From assembly GCA_035266525.1 (NCBI GenBank), contig DATFNF010000020.1, forward strand, positions 35,326 through 99,325: a DNA stretch of 64,000 nt. Direction: 5' to 3'. A model generated the notes under the pieces. That model saw only the letters and a program-made list of their open reading frames with translations, was not told the origin of the DNA and made no database searches. Shown here piece after piece: positions 28,423-41,172 of this stretch (positions are counted from its first letter, which is position 1; every line of letters begins with the position of its first letter). Source of the stretch: Trueperaceae bacterium (lineage in GTDB: Bacteria > Deinococcota > Deinococci > Deinococcales > Trueperaceae). The position numbers and the translations under genes were made by a program.

Positions 28423-28743
28423 TTGGAAGCTCAGGGTGAACGACTCCTGCAAGACCTCGTGAACCAGGAGAAGAGCCTGGTGGCCAAGGTCGAGGAAGCG
28501 CGCAGTCAGGCCAGGACCATCCTGGAGGAGGCCGAGGCCGAGGCCGAGCGCATCCATGACGAGGCCCGGAGCAAGGCCGAGACCCTTGCCCAGCAGGAAG
28601 CCGACCGGGGCGCCAAGGAAGCCGAGGCGGCGCGCGAGGACATCGTCAAGGCCGCGCGCGAGGCCGCCGGCAGGCTGGAAGCGGAGGCCCGCGCCGGCAA
28701 GGACGGCGCCGTCACGCTGGTGATGGAGCGGGTCTTGCCATGA
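28423..28743 (+). CDS. V/A-type ATP synthase peripheral-stalk subunit G-like coiled-coil protein
   Basis: In the frame of track ORF 28171..28743. E/A/R-rich helix. It is the first gene of the operon, as in the Thermus atp operon. TTG 28423 is preceded by AAGGAGGG 4 nt upstream. Its stop overlaps the atpI start (ATGA). Confidence 0.6.
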   Translation: MEAQGERLLQDLVNQEKSLVAKVEEARSQARTILEEAEAEAERIHDEARSKAETLAQQEADRGAKEAEAAREDIVKAAREAAGRLEAEARAGKDGAVTLVMERVLP

Positions 28744-30746
28744 TCGCCCGCATGGAGCAGCTCCTGGTCGTCGGGCGGCGCTCGGCGGCCAAGGATGTGC
28801 TCGTGAGCCTCCAGAGCCTGGGCGTGGTGCAGGTCGAACCGCTCGAGCAGGGCGAGGACGAGGTCCTGCGCCGCATCGAGCTGGAGGGGGAAGAGCTCCG
28901 TCAGAAGGAAGCGTGGGACTACCTGGTCTCGCGCGCGGACGCCCTCCTCGACGCCTTGACGTTGGAGGGTGCCGTCGGCGGCCCGCGTGTGGACGTCGGG
29001 AGCGATCCCGACGGCCTGCAGCGCGAGCTCGCTCCCATCGGGGACTCCGTCGACCGGCTTCTCGCCGAGCGCGCCGACGCGCGCGACGAGCTCGAGCTCA
29101 CCGAGACCTACCTGGTGGTGTTCCGCCAGCTCGCTCCCATGATGGCCCAGCTCGAGGAGGCCAGCTACCTGACCGGCGCCGCCTTCATGGTGGCGGACGA
29201 CGACTACGCCGAGCTCGAGCGCGCCCTCGAGGACGAGCTCGACGGCGGCTTCGCCCTCGCCTGGCAGCGGCACGCCAGCGAGCGCCTGGTGGTCGGTGCC
29301 TGCCTCGGACGAGACCTGGAGCGTCTGCGCTCCACCTTCACCGGCCTGGGTCACTCCGAGATCGCGCTTCCGGAGCGCTATCAGGACCTCGGCGTCGCCA
29401 AGGCGGCGCACGTGATGGAGGAGCGCTCGCAGACCCTGCCCCGGCGTATCGCGGCCATCCACGACGAGCTCTCCAAGCTCGCCGGCCAGCACGGCCGGCG
29501 GCTCGCGTCGATCGCCACGGTCGCGCACAACCACCAGGCACGCTTCGCGCATCTCGAGGACATGCTCGAGGGACGCTACGGCTTCGCCCTGAAGGGCTGG
29601 CTGCCGGCGGACGACGCGGCGCGTGTGGTGGAAGCGCTGCGCAAGCAGTTCTCGGACGCCGTCCTGGTGGCGTCCCGCCCGGCCGACGAGCGCGCCGATC
29701 ATGGCGTCCCGGTCAAGCTCGACAACCCCGGTTGGGTGCGGCCGTTCCAGGGGCTGCTGGCGCTGTTCCAGCCGCCCCGCTACGGCAGCTTCGACCCCAG
29801 CTGGACGCTGGCCGTGTTCTTCCCGATGTGGTTCGGCATGCAGGTCGGCGACATCGGCTACGGCCTGCTGTTCGCCTCCATCGGCTGGTGGCTGAGGCAG
29901 CGCGGGGCGGCCGGCAAGAACGTCGACACCGGGCCGCTCCAGATCGTCATCCCTGCCCGCATCCTGCGACCCCTGAGCACGGTGATCTTCTGGCTGTCGG
30001 CCTGGACGATCGGCTTCGGGTTCCTCTACGGGGAGTTCTTCGGCAACCTCTTCGAGCGCTTCCCGCCCGGCCATCCCGTCTTCTACACGCTCTCGGCCGG
30101 CGGCGCCTCGGGGATCGGCGCCCACGGCACGGGCCTGATCCACATCGCGCTGCTGCGCATCGAGGTGTTCGCGCCGTTGCTGCTCGCGTCCACCTTGTTC
30201 GGCGTGCTCCAGGTGCTGGGGGGCTGGCTGATCCGCGCCTTCTACTCGATCCGGCACGGCGAGTCCGCTCACCTCTACGAGGCGCTGGGGATGTTCACCG
30301 GCCTGGTGGGCGTGGTGACCTTCGCCACGGCGTACCAGCTGCACGGCGTGAGCTCCGCCGTGGTCGCGGTCACCCTGGTGCTGCTGGCGGCGTTCGCGGT
30401 GTTCGCCTTCCTCGCCCGCAACGGCCTGATGGTGCTCGAGCTCATCTCCAACGGCGGGCACATCCTCAGCTACCTCCGAATCTTCGCTGTCGGCCTGGCC
30501 TCGGCGATCATCGCCAACATGGCGACCGATCTCGGCTGGGCGCTGGGCGGCGTGCTCCCCATCGTGGGACCCATCATCGGCATCGTCATCGGCGCCAGCG
30601 TGCACCTGCTTGCGCTCACGCTCACCATCATCAGCGACACGCTGCAACCTCTCCGACTTCACTACGTCGAGTTCTTCACCAAGTTCGGTTTCTACGATGA
30701 GAGCGGTCGTCCGTATCGGCCCTTCCGTCTCCTAGGAGGAAAGTGA
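28740..30746 (+). CDS. atpI: V/A-type ATP synthase subunit I (a-subunit, stator/proton channel)
   Basis: Track ORF, 668 aa. Soluble N-terminal half plus a polytopic C-terminal half with LSYLRIFAVGLAS (conserved Arg). Confidence 0.9.
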   Translation: MIARMEQLLVVGRRSAAKDVLVSLQSLGVVQVEPLEQGEDEVLRRIELEGEELRQKEAWDYLVSRADALLDALTLEGAVGGPRVDVGSDPDGLQRELAPIGDSVDRLLAERADARDELELTETYLVVFRQLAPMMAQLEEASYLTGAAFMVADDDYAELERALEDELDGGFALAWQRHASERLVVGACLGRDLERLRSTFTGLGHSEIALPERYQDLGVAKAAHVMEERSQTLPRRIAAIHDELSKLAGQHGRRLASIATVAHNHQARFAHLEDMLEGRYGFALKGWLPADDAARVVEALRKQFSDAVLVASRPADERADHGVPVKLDNPGWVRPFQGLLALFQPPRYGSFDPSWTLAVFFPMWFGMQVGDIGYGLLFASIGWWLRQRGAAGKNVDTGPLQIVIPARILRPLSTVIFWLSAWTIGFGFLYGEFFGNLFERFPPGHPVFYTLSAGGASGIGAHGTGLIHIALLRIEVFAPLLLASTLFGVLQVLGGWLIRAFYSIRHGESAHLYEALGMFTGLVGVVTFATAYQLHGVSSAVVAVTLVLLAAFAVFAFLARNGLMVLELISNGGHILSYLRIFAVGLASAIIANMATDLGWALGGVLPIVGPIIGIVIGASVHLLALTLTIISDTLQPLRLHYVEFFTKFGFYDESGRPYRPFRLLGGK

Positions 30747-31060
30747 TGAACAAGCTCGCCAAGGTCCTCGGATTGCTCGCCGTGGTCGGCGTCGTCGCCA
30801 GCGTCGCCTTCGCTCAGGGTGCCGCCGGCGGGGGCGGGAACATCGGTGCCGGCCTGATGGGCGTCGGCGCCGGCCTGGCCATCGGCCTGGCGGGCATCGG
30901 CGTGGGCATCGCCCAGGGCTACATCGGGTCGGCCGGCCTCGGGACCATCACCGAGAAGCCGGAGATGTTCGGCCAGGTGCTGGTGTTCCTGGTCATCCCC
31001 GAGACCATCATCATCTTCGGCTTCGTGATCGCGTTCTTCCTCTACGGCAAGATGGGTTGA
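30746..31060 (+). CDS. atpK: V/A-type ATP synthase subunit K (proteolipid)
   Basis: Track ORF 30743..31060. Gly-rich helices and the carboxylate in VIPETIIIFG. I prefer ATG 30746 because AGGAGGA lies 5 nt upstream. Confidence 0.9.
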   Translation: MNKLAKVLGLLAVVGVVASVAFAQGAAGGGGNIGAGLMGVGAGLAIGLAGIGVGIAQGYIGSAGLGTITEKPEMFGQVLVFLVIPETIIIFGFVIAFFLYGKMG

Positions 31061-31064
31061 CCCT

Positions 31065-31658
31065 GTGGCCGACCTAGCTGCCATGCTCGAGAAGGAAGCG
31101 AGCACGGAGATCGAGTCGATCCTCTCCGAGGCGCGCGAGCGTGCTTCGGAGGTGGTCGCCAGGGCGCGCGAGGACGCCGAGGGGCTGGTGGCCGGGCGGC
31201 AGCGCCAGGCCGAGGCTCAGCGGAACGCCGCCCTGGTGCGGGCGCGGTCGAGCGCCCAGCTCGAGGCGTCGTCGCTGCAGCTGCGCGCCCAGCACCAGGG
31301 CGTGGAGGCGGTCTTCGGGGAAGCGCGAAAGCGTCTGGAGCAGCTCCTGGACGACAGCGACGCCTATCCTCCCGTGCTCGCGAAGCTGCTGGCCGAGGCG
31401 CTCGAGGGACTCGACGCGGACCGGGTGGAGGCCGTGGTGGTGAACCCGGACGACGAGGATGCGGCGCGGAAGGCCGTCAAGGACGCCAAGCTGGCCGTCG
31501 AGGTCGAGACCTCCGGCGACGTTCGCGGCGGCGTGCGCCTCCGTCTCAAGGGGAGCAACACCGTTCTCAACTCGCTGTTCCAACGCCTGGAGGTCCTGCA
31601 GTCGGAGCTCGCGTCGGAGGTGTCCGAGGCCCTGTTCGGCGCCTCGAAGGAGCGCTAG
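31065..31658 (+). CDS. atpE: V/A-type ATP synthase subunit E
   Basis: Track ORF. Long N-terminal helix and C-terminal globular part (GGVRLRLKGSNTVLNSLF). Position in the operon supports the call. Confidence 0.85.
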   Translation: MADLAAMLEKEASTEIESILSEARERASEVVARAREDAEGLVAGRQRQAEAQRNAALVRARSSAQLEASSLQLRAQHQGVEAVFGEARKRLEQLLDDSDAYPPVLAKLLAEALEGLDADRVEAVVVNPDDEDAARKAVKDAKLAVEVETSGDVRGGVRLRLKGSNTVLNSLFQRLEVLQSELASEVSEALFGASKER

Positions 31659-31660
31659 CC

Positions 31661-32674
31661 ATGTCCACGGACTACGGCTACATCAACGCCCGGGTTCGCG
31701 GGATGAAGACGAACCTGCTCGGCGACGAGTTCTACTCGGAGGCGCTGGCATCCAGCGACTTCCGCGCCTTCCTGTCGGTGCTGGGTCAGTCGCGCTACAT
31801 GCACGAGCTGGAGGAGTCGCAGTCCCGCTACGAGGGTCTGCGGGCCGTCGACGACGCCCTGGCACGGGACTTCTTCAAGACCACCCGCAGCCTGCTCGCC
31901 GCGTCCGACGGCAACGCCGGCATGCTGATGGAGCTGCTGCTGCTGCGGTACGACCGCGAGAACCTCAAGACCATCGCCCGCGCCAAGCACGCCGGCAAGA
32001 GCCTCGAGGAGATCGTCGGCTCGCTCTACCCGGCCGGCCCGCTGCGCCCGGCGGTCCTGGAGGAGGTCGCCGCCGCCCCCGACATGGGCTCGGCGGCGCA
32101 GGCGCTGGCGGTCACCAAGACGCCGCTGAAGTCCGCGTTCTCGCAGGCCGCGGGGCGCTACCAGTCCGACGGCGACCTCTACGCGCTGGAGCTGTCCATC
32201 GACCGGGCCTATTACCGCGTGTTGCTGCAGCGGCTGCGGCGTGTCAACGCGCCCATGAGCTTCATGCGGCACCTCACCCGGGAGATCGACGCCACCAACC
32301 TGCGCACCGCTTTCAAGCTGCGCGGCGCCGAGGAGAGCTCCGAGGACGCGTTCGTCCCCGGCGGCCGCGAGATCACCCGGAACGTGTTCGACAGCATCCG
32401 CTCGGCCGAGGGCTCCGGTGGTCTGCAGGCGCTCTCCGGCACCAGCTTCGCCGACGTCGGCGAGGTCGAGAGCCTGGCGGAGGCGGAGCAGAAGGTCCGC
32501 GAGGTCCTCGACGCCAGCGCCCGCAGCGCCGCGTCCGACCCGCTGGGGCCGGGCGTGGTGGTCCGCTACCTGCGCCTCAAGGAGGCGGAGATCGCGCGGC
32601 TGCGCTTGCTGGCGCGGGGCAGCTACTACCAGGTGCCCCGCGACGCGCTTCAGAGGGAGCTCGGTCATGCCTAA
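31661..32674 (+). CDS. atpC: V/A-type ATP synthase subunit C (d-subunit)
   Basis: Track ORF. N-terminus YGYINARVRGMK and C-terminus YLRLKEAEIARLRLLARG are typical of this subunit. Confidence 0.85.
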   Translation: MSTDYGYINARVRGMKTNLLGDEFYSEALASSDFRAFLSVLGQSRYMHELEESQSRYEGLRAVDDALARDFFKTTRSLLAASDGNAGMLMELLLLRYDRENLKTIARAKHAGKSLEEIVGSLYPAGPLRPAVLEEVAAAPDMGSAAQALAVTKTPLKSAFSQAAGRYQSDGDLYALELSIDRAYYRVLLQRLRRVNAPMSFMRHLTREIDATNLRTAFKLRGAEESSEDAFVPGGREITRNVFDSIRSAEGSGGLQALSGTSFADVGEVESLAEAEQKVREVLDASARSAASDPLGPGVVVRYLRLKEAEIARLRLLARGSYYQVPRDALQRELGHA

Positions 32675-32993
32675 GATGGTCGTGTTGACCGACAGCGAGA
32701 CCGCTGTCGGGTTCCGGCTCGCGGGCGTCGAGGTGCGAGAGGTCGCGGCGGACGAGGCCAAGGACGTGCTCGAGGAGCTCATCGCCGCCGACGACTACGG
32801 TCTGTTGGTGGTGGACGAGGGCCTCATCCCGGATCCCATCGCCGCCAGCGAGCGCGCCATGCGCGGCCGCGAGCTGCCGGTCGTGCTGCCGCTGCCGAGC
32901 CTGGGGCAGGCCTTCGGCGAAGAGGACGACGCCGTCAGCTACATGAAGTCCCTGGTGCGCAACGCCATCGGGTTCGATATCAAGCTGGAGTGA
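32667..32993 (+). CDS. atpF: V/A-type ATP synthase subunit F
   Basis: In the frame of track ORF 32418..32993. MPKMVVLTDSETAVGFRLAGVEV. The start overlaps the atpC end by 8 nt. Confidence 0.85.
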   Translation: MPKMVVLTDSETAVGFRLAGVEVREVAADEAKDVLEELIAADDYGLLVVDEGLIPDPIAASERAMRGRELPVVLPLPSLGQAFGEEDDAVSYMKSLVRNAIGFDIKLE

Positions 32994-33008
32994 CGCAGGA
33001 GGGCTTAC

Positions 33009-34748
<1,740 letters not shown>

Positions 34749-34763
34749 GGCCGGAGAGGGAGC

Positions 34764-36188
<1,425 letters not shown>

Positions 36189-36234
36189 GACCGAGTATCG
36201 GGTCCGCGCGCGTACAGTCCGAGAGGATACCTGC

Positions 36235-36879
36235 ATGGCCGAGCAGATCGCTCCTACCCGTTCCAACCTTCTTCAGCGCCGCGACCAGCGCAAGCTGGCG
36301 GTGCGTGGCGCCGACCTCCTGAAACGCAAACGCGACGCGCTGGTGGCGGAGTTCTTCGACCTGGTCAAGGTGTCGCTGGAGGCACGGCGCCGGCTCGCGC
36401 GGGCCAGCCGCGAGGCCTACTTCGCGCTCTTCCTCGCCAACGCCTGGGACGGGCCCGAGGCGGTGTCGAGCCTGGCGCTCGCGTCGGTACGTTCGCTGGA
36501 CGTACCGGTCACGGTCGAGAACATCTTCGGCGTGAAGGTGCCCCAGGTCCAGCCCCCGGAGTTCGACCCCAGGCTGCCGTTCTCCCCGGTCGGTGCGGGC
36601 TCGCAGACGCTCTCCGCCGCCCGCGAGTTCCGCAAGCTCACCGAGGCCATCGTCAACGTGGCAGCCACCGAGACGCGGCTCCGGCGCATCGGCGAGGAGA
36701 TCAAGAAGACCAACCGGCGCGTCAACGCCCTCGAGCAGCTCGTGATCCCGAACATCAACGGCGAGATCCGCCAGATCCGCAGCGTGCTCGACCAGCGCGC
36801 GCTCGAGGAGGTCACGGTGCTCAAGCGCATCAAGGCCAAGCTCGAGGCGCGCGAAGCAGCGGACGAGGCGGAAGCCTAG
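36235..36879 (+). CDS. atpD: V/A-type ATP synthase subunit D (central stalk)
   Basis: Track ORF. Motifs IAPTRSNLL...LLKRKRDAL and RRVNALE. Confidence 0.92.
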   Translation: MAEQIAPTRSNLLQRRDQRKLAVRGADLLKRKRDALVAEFFDLVKVSLEARRRLARASREAYFALFLANAWDGPEAVSSLALASVRSLDVPVTVENIFGVKVPQVQPPEFDPRLPFSPVGAGSQTLSAAREFRKLTEAIVNVAATETRLRRIGEEIKKTNRRVNALEQLVIPNINGEIRQIRSVLDQRALEEVTVLKRIKAKLEAREAADEAEA

Positions 36880-36903
36880 CTGCCGCCTGCCTGCCGCGGC
36901 CCG

Positions 36904-36931
36904 TTCGACTTCGTCGACGTGGCACTATGGT
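36904..36931 (+). promoter_or_regulatory. Candidate promoter TTCGAC-N16-TATGGT for the glnQ-like gene
   Basis: The -10 hexamer is the same as in the V/A-ATPase and carD candidates. GGAGGAGAGAC precedes ATG 36992. Confidence 0.3.
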
Positions 36932-36991
36932 CGCCAACCAGTCGGCCCCGCTGCCCGTGCCGGGCGGCGTGATGGCCTTCGGAGGAGAGAC

Positions 36992-37777
36992 ATGAGCGAG
37001 GAGACGCTGCTCAAGCGCCCGGTGCGGGCGGACGCTCCCCCGGGTGGCGCGCGGATCATCGAGGTCGAGGGGCTGAACAAGTGGTTCGGTGAGTTCCACG
37101 TGCTCAAGGACATCAGCCTGTCGATGAACCGCGGCGAGGTGGTGGTGATCATCGGGCCGTCGGGGTCGGGGAAGTCGACGCTCATCCGCTGCATCAACCG
37201 GCTCGAGGAGCATCAGCAGGGGCGCATCGTGGTGGACGGCATCGAGCTGACCGATGACGTGCGCCACATCGATCAGGTGCGCCGCGAGACGGGGATGGTG
37301 TTCCAGCAGTTCAACCTGTTCCCGCACCTGACGGTGCTGGACAACGTCACGCTGGCGCCGCTGCGGGTGCGCAAGTGGCGCAAGAGCCGCGCCGAGGAGC
37401 GCGCCATGTACTTCCTGGAGAAGGTGGGGATCCCGGAGCAGGCGCGGAAGCACCCGGGCCAGCTGTCCGGGGGCCAACAGCAGCGTGTGGCGATCGCCCG
37501 GGCGTTGACGATGGAGCCGAAGGTGATGCTCTTCGACGAGCCGACCAGCGCGCTCGACCCGGAGGTGATCGGGGAGGTGCTGGAGGTGATGGTCACGCTG
37601 GCCAAGGAGGGCATGAGCATGGCCGTGGTGACGCACGAGATGGGTTTCGCGCGGGAGGTGGCGGACCGGGTGATCTTCATGGATGCCGGGCAGATCGTGG
37701 AGGTGGGCACGCCCGAGCACTTCTTCGAGAATCCCCGTGAGGAACGCACCCGTGCCTTCCTGTCGAAGATCCTCTAG
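36992..37777 (+). CDS. Amino-acid ABC transporter ATP-binding protein (GlnQ-like)
   Basis: Track ORF. Motifs [24 protein letters not shown] and [10 protein letters not shown]. No permease or binding-protein gene is adjacent. Confidence 0.9.
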   Translation: MSEETLLKRPVRADAPPGGARIIEVEGLNKWFGEFHVLKDISLSMNRGEVVVIIGPSGSGKSTLIRCINRLEEHQQGRIVVDGIELTDDVRHIDQVRRETGMVFQQFNLFPHLTVLDNVTLAPLRVRKWRKSRAEERAMYFLEKVGIPEQARKHPGQLSGGQQQRVAIARALTMEPKVMLFDEPTSALDPEVIGEVLEVMVTLAKEGMSMAVVTHEMGFAREVADRVIFMDAGQIVEVGTPEHFFENPREERTRAFLSKIL

Positions 37778-37857
37778 GGGGGAATCTCACAGCTGCCGCC
37801 ACGCGCGCGCGCCTATGCTCGGCTCATGAAGCCAACCCTGTCGGAGCCCGCCACAGC

Positions 37858-39036
37858 ATGACCGACGCCACCCAGGAGGCCAGCTCCGGGCGCGGCATGC
37901 GCATCGCGGACCTGCTCCGCAGCATGGTCGCCAAGGGCGCCTCCGACGTTCACCTGCAGGCCGGAGCGCCGCCCTACATGCGCATCGACGGCGAGCTGAT
38001 GCCGTTCGAGGGCGTCCCCGCGCTGACGCCCGAGCAAACCGAGCAGATCGCCCTCGCCATGATGAGCGAGAGCCAGCGCGAGATGTTCCGGCATCGCCAC
38101 GAGGTCGACTTCGCCTTCACCATCCCCAACGTGGCACGCTTCCGCTGCAACGTGCTCAGGCAGCGCGGGTCCGTCGGCGTGGTCATGCGCGTCATCGGCG
38201 ACGCCATCCCCAGCTTCGAGTCGCTGGGGCTGCCCTCCACCGTGGTGACCGAGCTGGCCGCCCAGCCGCGCGGGATGGTGCTGGTGACCGGCCCGACCGG
38301 CTCCGGCAAGACCACCACGCTGGCGGCGATGGTCGATTACATCAACCGCCGCTTCGCGCGCAACATCATCACCATCGAGGACCCCATCGAGATCCTCCAC
38401 AAGAACCACAAGAGCCTGGTGATCCAGCGCGAGATCGGCCTCGACACCGCGGACTTCGTCGGGGCGCTCAAGTACGCCATGCGCCAGGACCCCGACGTGA
38501 TCATGGTCGGCGAGATGCGCGACAAGGAGACGGTCGAGGCGGCGATCACCGCCGCACAGACCGGTCACCTGGTGCTCAGCACGTTGCACACGCTCGACGC
38601 CATCCGCAGCGTCAACCGCATCATCGACTTCTTCCCGCCGCACGAACGCGGCCAGATCCGCATCATGCTGGCGGAGTCGCTGCTGGGGATCCTCAGCCAG
38701 CGCCTGCTGCCGCGGGCGGACGGGCCCGGCCGCGTGCTCACCATCGAGGTGCTGGTCAACACCCCGCTCATCCGCGACTACATCAAGGACGAGGAGAAGA
38801 CGCCGCTGATCAAGGAGGCGCTGATGGAGGACAACCTCCGCGGCATGCAGACCTTCGATCAGCACCTGGTCGAGCTCTACCTCGAGGGCCGGGTCACGCT
38901 GGAGGACGCCACCTTCATGGCGACCAGCCCTCACGAGCTGCGGCTGATGGTCACGCAGCGTCAGGGCGGCATGGACAAGCGCGAGGAAGAGGAGTTCGAC
39001 CGCCTGCTGCAACAGAACCGCGGCCCGCTGGGCTGA
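37858..39036 (+). CDS. pilT: Type IV pilus twitching-motility ATPase PilT
   Basis: Track ORF. Motifs ASDVHL, GPTGSGKTTT, the Asp box, GEMRD, and the His box GHLVLSTLHT. Confidence 0.9.
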   Translation: MTDATQEASSGRGMRIADLLRSMVAKGASDVHLQAGAPPYMRIDGELMPFEGVPALTPEQTEQIALAMMSESQREMFRHRHEVDFAFTIPNVARFRCNVLRQRGSVGVVMRVIGDAIPSFESLGLPSTVVTELAAQPRGMVLVTGPTGSGKTTTLAAMVDYINRRFARNIITIEDPIEILHKNHKSLVIQREIGLDTADFVGALKYAMRQDPDVIMVGEMRDKETVEAAITAAQTGHLVLSTLHTLDAIRSVNRIIDFFPPHERGQIRIMLAESLLGILSQRLLPRADGPGRVLTIEVLVNTPLIRDYIKDEEKTPLIKEALMEDNLRGMQTFDQHLVELYLEGRVTLEDATFMATSPHELRLMVTQRQGGMDKREEEEFDRLLQQNRGPLG

Positions 39037-39066
39037 GCCTGCCGCCCGGACAGGGTCGGGCGGGCC

Positions 39067-40323
39067 TCAGGCCAGCGTCGCCGGAGCGTCCTTCGTCGCC
39101 GCGGCCGCCCGGCGCGCCATGCGCCTCAGGCCGGGACGCACCCGGCCCGCCAGGTAGAGCGAGCCCGCGACCACCACGGTCGCGTCGGGCGCGGCCTCGC
39201 GTAACGCCGCCCGCAGGGCCGCCAGCGGCTCCGGGATGTAACGGCGGCCCCGCAGGTCGGGGAGCGGCGGCTCCCCGGCGACCGCCTCCGTCACGAGGAC
39301 CGCGCTCGCGGCCGGCTCGAGCGCGGCCAGGGTGGCCGCCCCCTGCTTCCGGGGCAGGGCTCCGAAGACCAGCACATAGCCTGGGGGCAGCGAGCGTGCC
39401 AGCAGCGCCGCGGCCGCCGGGTCGTGGGCGCCGTCCAGCACCACCTGCCGGCCCGCGGCGACGGTGAAGCGCTCGCCACGGGCGGGCAGCGGAGGCGCCG
39501 CCAGCCCCGCCGCTACCGCCGGCTCACGGAGGCCCAGAAGCCTCAGGCCGGCGGCCGCCAGGCGGGCGTTCCGCCGCCGCGCGCCGTCGGCCGGGAGCTC
39601 GCACCGCAGCCCCGCGGCCGTCGCCGGGAGCTCGAACAGCGGCGTGCGGCCGTCGTCCACGTAGAGCGGACACCCCAGCCGCGCCGCCTCGGCGCGCACC
39701 ACCGCCAGCGCCTCCCCGTCGGCCCCGGTCACGACCGGCACGCCTGGCCGTAGCGCCCCCGCCTTGTCGCGGGCGATGCTGGCCACGTCCGGACCGAGCG
39801 TCTCGAGGTGGTCCAGCGCCACGTTGGTGAGGACCACCAGCGCCATGGGTTCGAGCGCCCGGGTGGCGTCCCGTGCGCCGCCCACCCCCGCCTCGAAGAC
39901 GCCCCACGTCACGCCGTGGCGCGCGAACGCCCGCAGCGCCAGGGCCAGCGTCAGCTCGAAGAAGGCGGGGGCCGGCGCGAGCGTCAGGGTGGCGGCGTGG
40001 GCCACGAAGTCCCGCACGGCCTCGCGCGAGATCGGCGCGCCGCCTACCGCGATGCGCTCGCGGAAGTCCTCCACGTGCGGGGAGACGAAGCGGCCGCTGC
40101 GTGCGCCGCCGGCGCTCAGGCCCGCGGCGAGCATGGCGCTCACCGTGCCCTTGCCGTTGGTGCCGACGACGTGCACGCCGTGTGGCGTGGGGTGGAGTGC
40201 GAGAGCGCCCATGAGGCTCCGCATGCGCTCCGGATCCCTCGGCGCGCCCGCGCGGTGGCGGGCGTAGAGCCAGGCGATGGCGTCGCGGTAGCTGGGCGGT
40301 CGCGCGGGCGCGGGCGCGATCAT
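39067..40323 (-). CDS. folC: Bifunctional folylpolyglutamate synthase / dihydrofolate synthase
   Basis: Track ORF. Mur-ligase P-loop VGTNGKGTVSAM. The start overlaps the stop of the upstream hypothetical gene (ATGA). Confidence 0.85.
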   Translation of the reverse strand: MIAPAPARPPSYRDAIAWLYARHRAGAPRDPERMRSLMGALALHPTPHGVHVVGTNGKGTVSAMLAAGLSAGGARSGRFVSPHVEDFRERIAVGGAPISREAVRDFVAHAATLTLAPAPAFFELTLALALRAFARHGVTWGVFEAGVGGARDATRALEPMALVVLTNVALDHLETLGPDVASIARDKAGALRPGVPVVTGADGEALAVVRAEAARLGCPLYVDDGRTPLFELPATAAGLRCELPADGARRRNARLAAAGLRLLGLREPAVAAGLAAPPLPARGERFTVAAGRQVVLDGAHDPAAAALLARSLPPGYVLVFGALPRKQGAATLAALEPAASAVLVTEAVAGEPPLPDLRGRRYIPEPLAALRAALREAAPDATVVVAGSLYLAGRVRPGLRRMARRAAAATKDAPATLA

Positions 40324-41084
40324 CCGGTCTTGCGCTTGCCGCGGCGCGGCCGTCGACGCCGCGAGCGCCGGCGCTTCGAGCTGCCCTGCCGCTTGGGGCC
40401 GCCGCCGGGGACGCCCCAGTCCTCGAGCTCCCCCTCCTCGGCGACCTTGACCAGCAGCGCATCGACGTAGCCGTCGCTCAGACGCTGCGTCATCTTCAAG
40501 AGCAGGTGGGGCGGCTCGCGGTCGACGTAGACGGCGCTGCCGCCGGGGTGGAGGAGGTAGGCGCGCGCGGTCCTGGTGCCGAGCGCCGTGTCCAGCCGGA
40601 CCTCGCCCGCGGCCTGCACGGTGACGTCCTTGCCCAGCATGGGGACCACGACGTGCTCGGCGGCGGCGTCCTGGCCGTGTTCCGCGAGGCCCTCACCGCG
40701 GTCCCCGGCGCCCAGCTCGGGCCGGCCGGCGAGTCCGCGCAGCTCCAGGAGCAGCGACAGTGGGTCGCGATAGGGCAACAGGTAGGGGGCGGTCGCTTCG
40801 TCCCGTCCGCGCGACGCCGTCACCACGCCCTGATCGGCGTCGAAGGCGACCTCGAAGGTGCGCTGGCCGGAGCGTTCGCTGGTCTCCTCGCGGAATCGCA
40901 AGCTCACCGGCGCCTCGCTCCCGCAGCGGCTGCGCTGGACCACGGTGACCGTCCCCAGGCCGCCCTGGAAGAGCGCCTTGCTCTCGAGCAAGGTCACGCG
41001 GCCGCCGCGCTGCACCTTGATCTCGTGGTTGCCGACCGGCTTGCCCTTGTGCGTGAGCCGGTAGCTGCACACCTCGACCGCCAT
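40320..41084 (-). CDS. Hypothetical protein with polybasic C-terminal tail
   Basis: Track ORF, 254 aa. It has coding-like composition and no family that I recognise. It ends KRQGSSKRRRSRRRRPRRGKRKTG. Supported by its coupling to folC and by the TGGTACCCT promoter-like motif 6 nt upstream of its ATG. Confidence 0.55.
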   Translation of the reverse strand: MAVEVCSYRLTHKGKPVGNHEIKVQRGGRVTLLESKALFQGGLGTVTVVQRSRCGSEAPVSLRFREETSERSGQRTFEVAFDADQGVVTASRGRDEATAPYLLPYRDPLSLLLELRGLAGRPELGAGDRGEGLAEHGQDAAAEHVVVPMLGKDVTVQAAGEVRLDTALGTRTARAYLLHPGGSAVYVDREPPHLLLKMTQRLSDGYVDALLVKVAEEGELEDWGVPGGGPKRQGSSKRRRSRRRRPRRGKRKTG

Positions 41085-41090
41085 GACGGC

Positions 41091-41099
41091 AGGGTACCA
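41091..41099 (-). promoter_or_regulatory. Candidate extended -10 promoter TGGTACCCT (leaderless geometry) for the hypothetical-folC pair
   Basis: The minus strand reads CGTGGTACCCTGCCGTC followed by ATG 41084. Confidence 0.35.
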
Positions 41100-41172
41100 C
41101 GCGTCCTCCGAGCCCCGTCCCTCACGGGGGTAGCATGGTGTGGGCGCGCACGGCGCGCCCGCGGAGGTGCCG

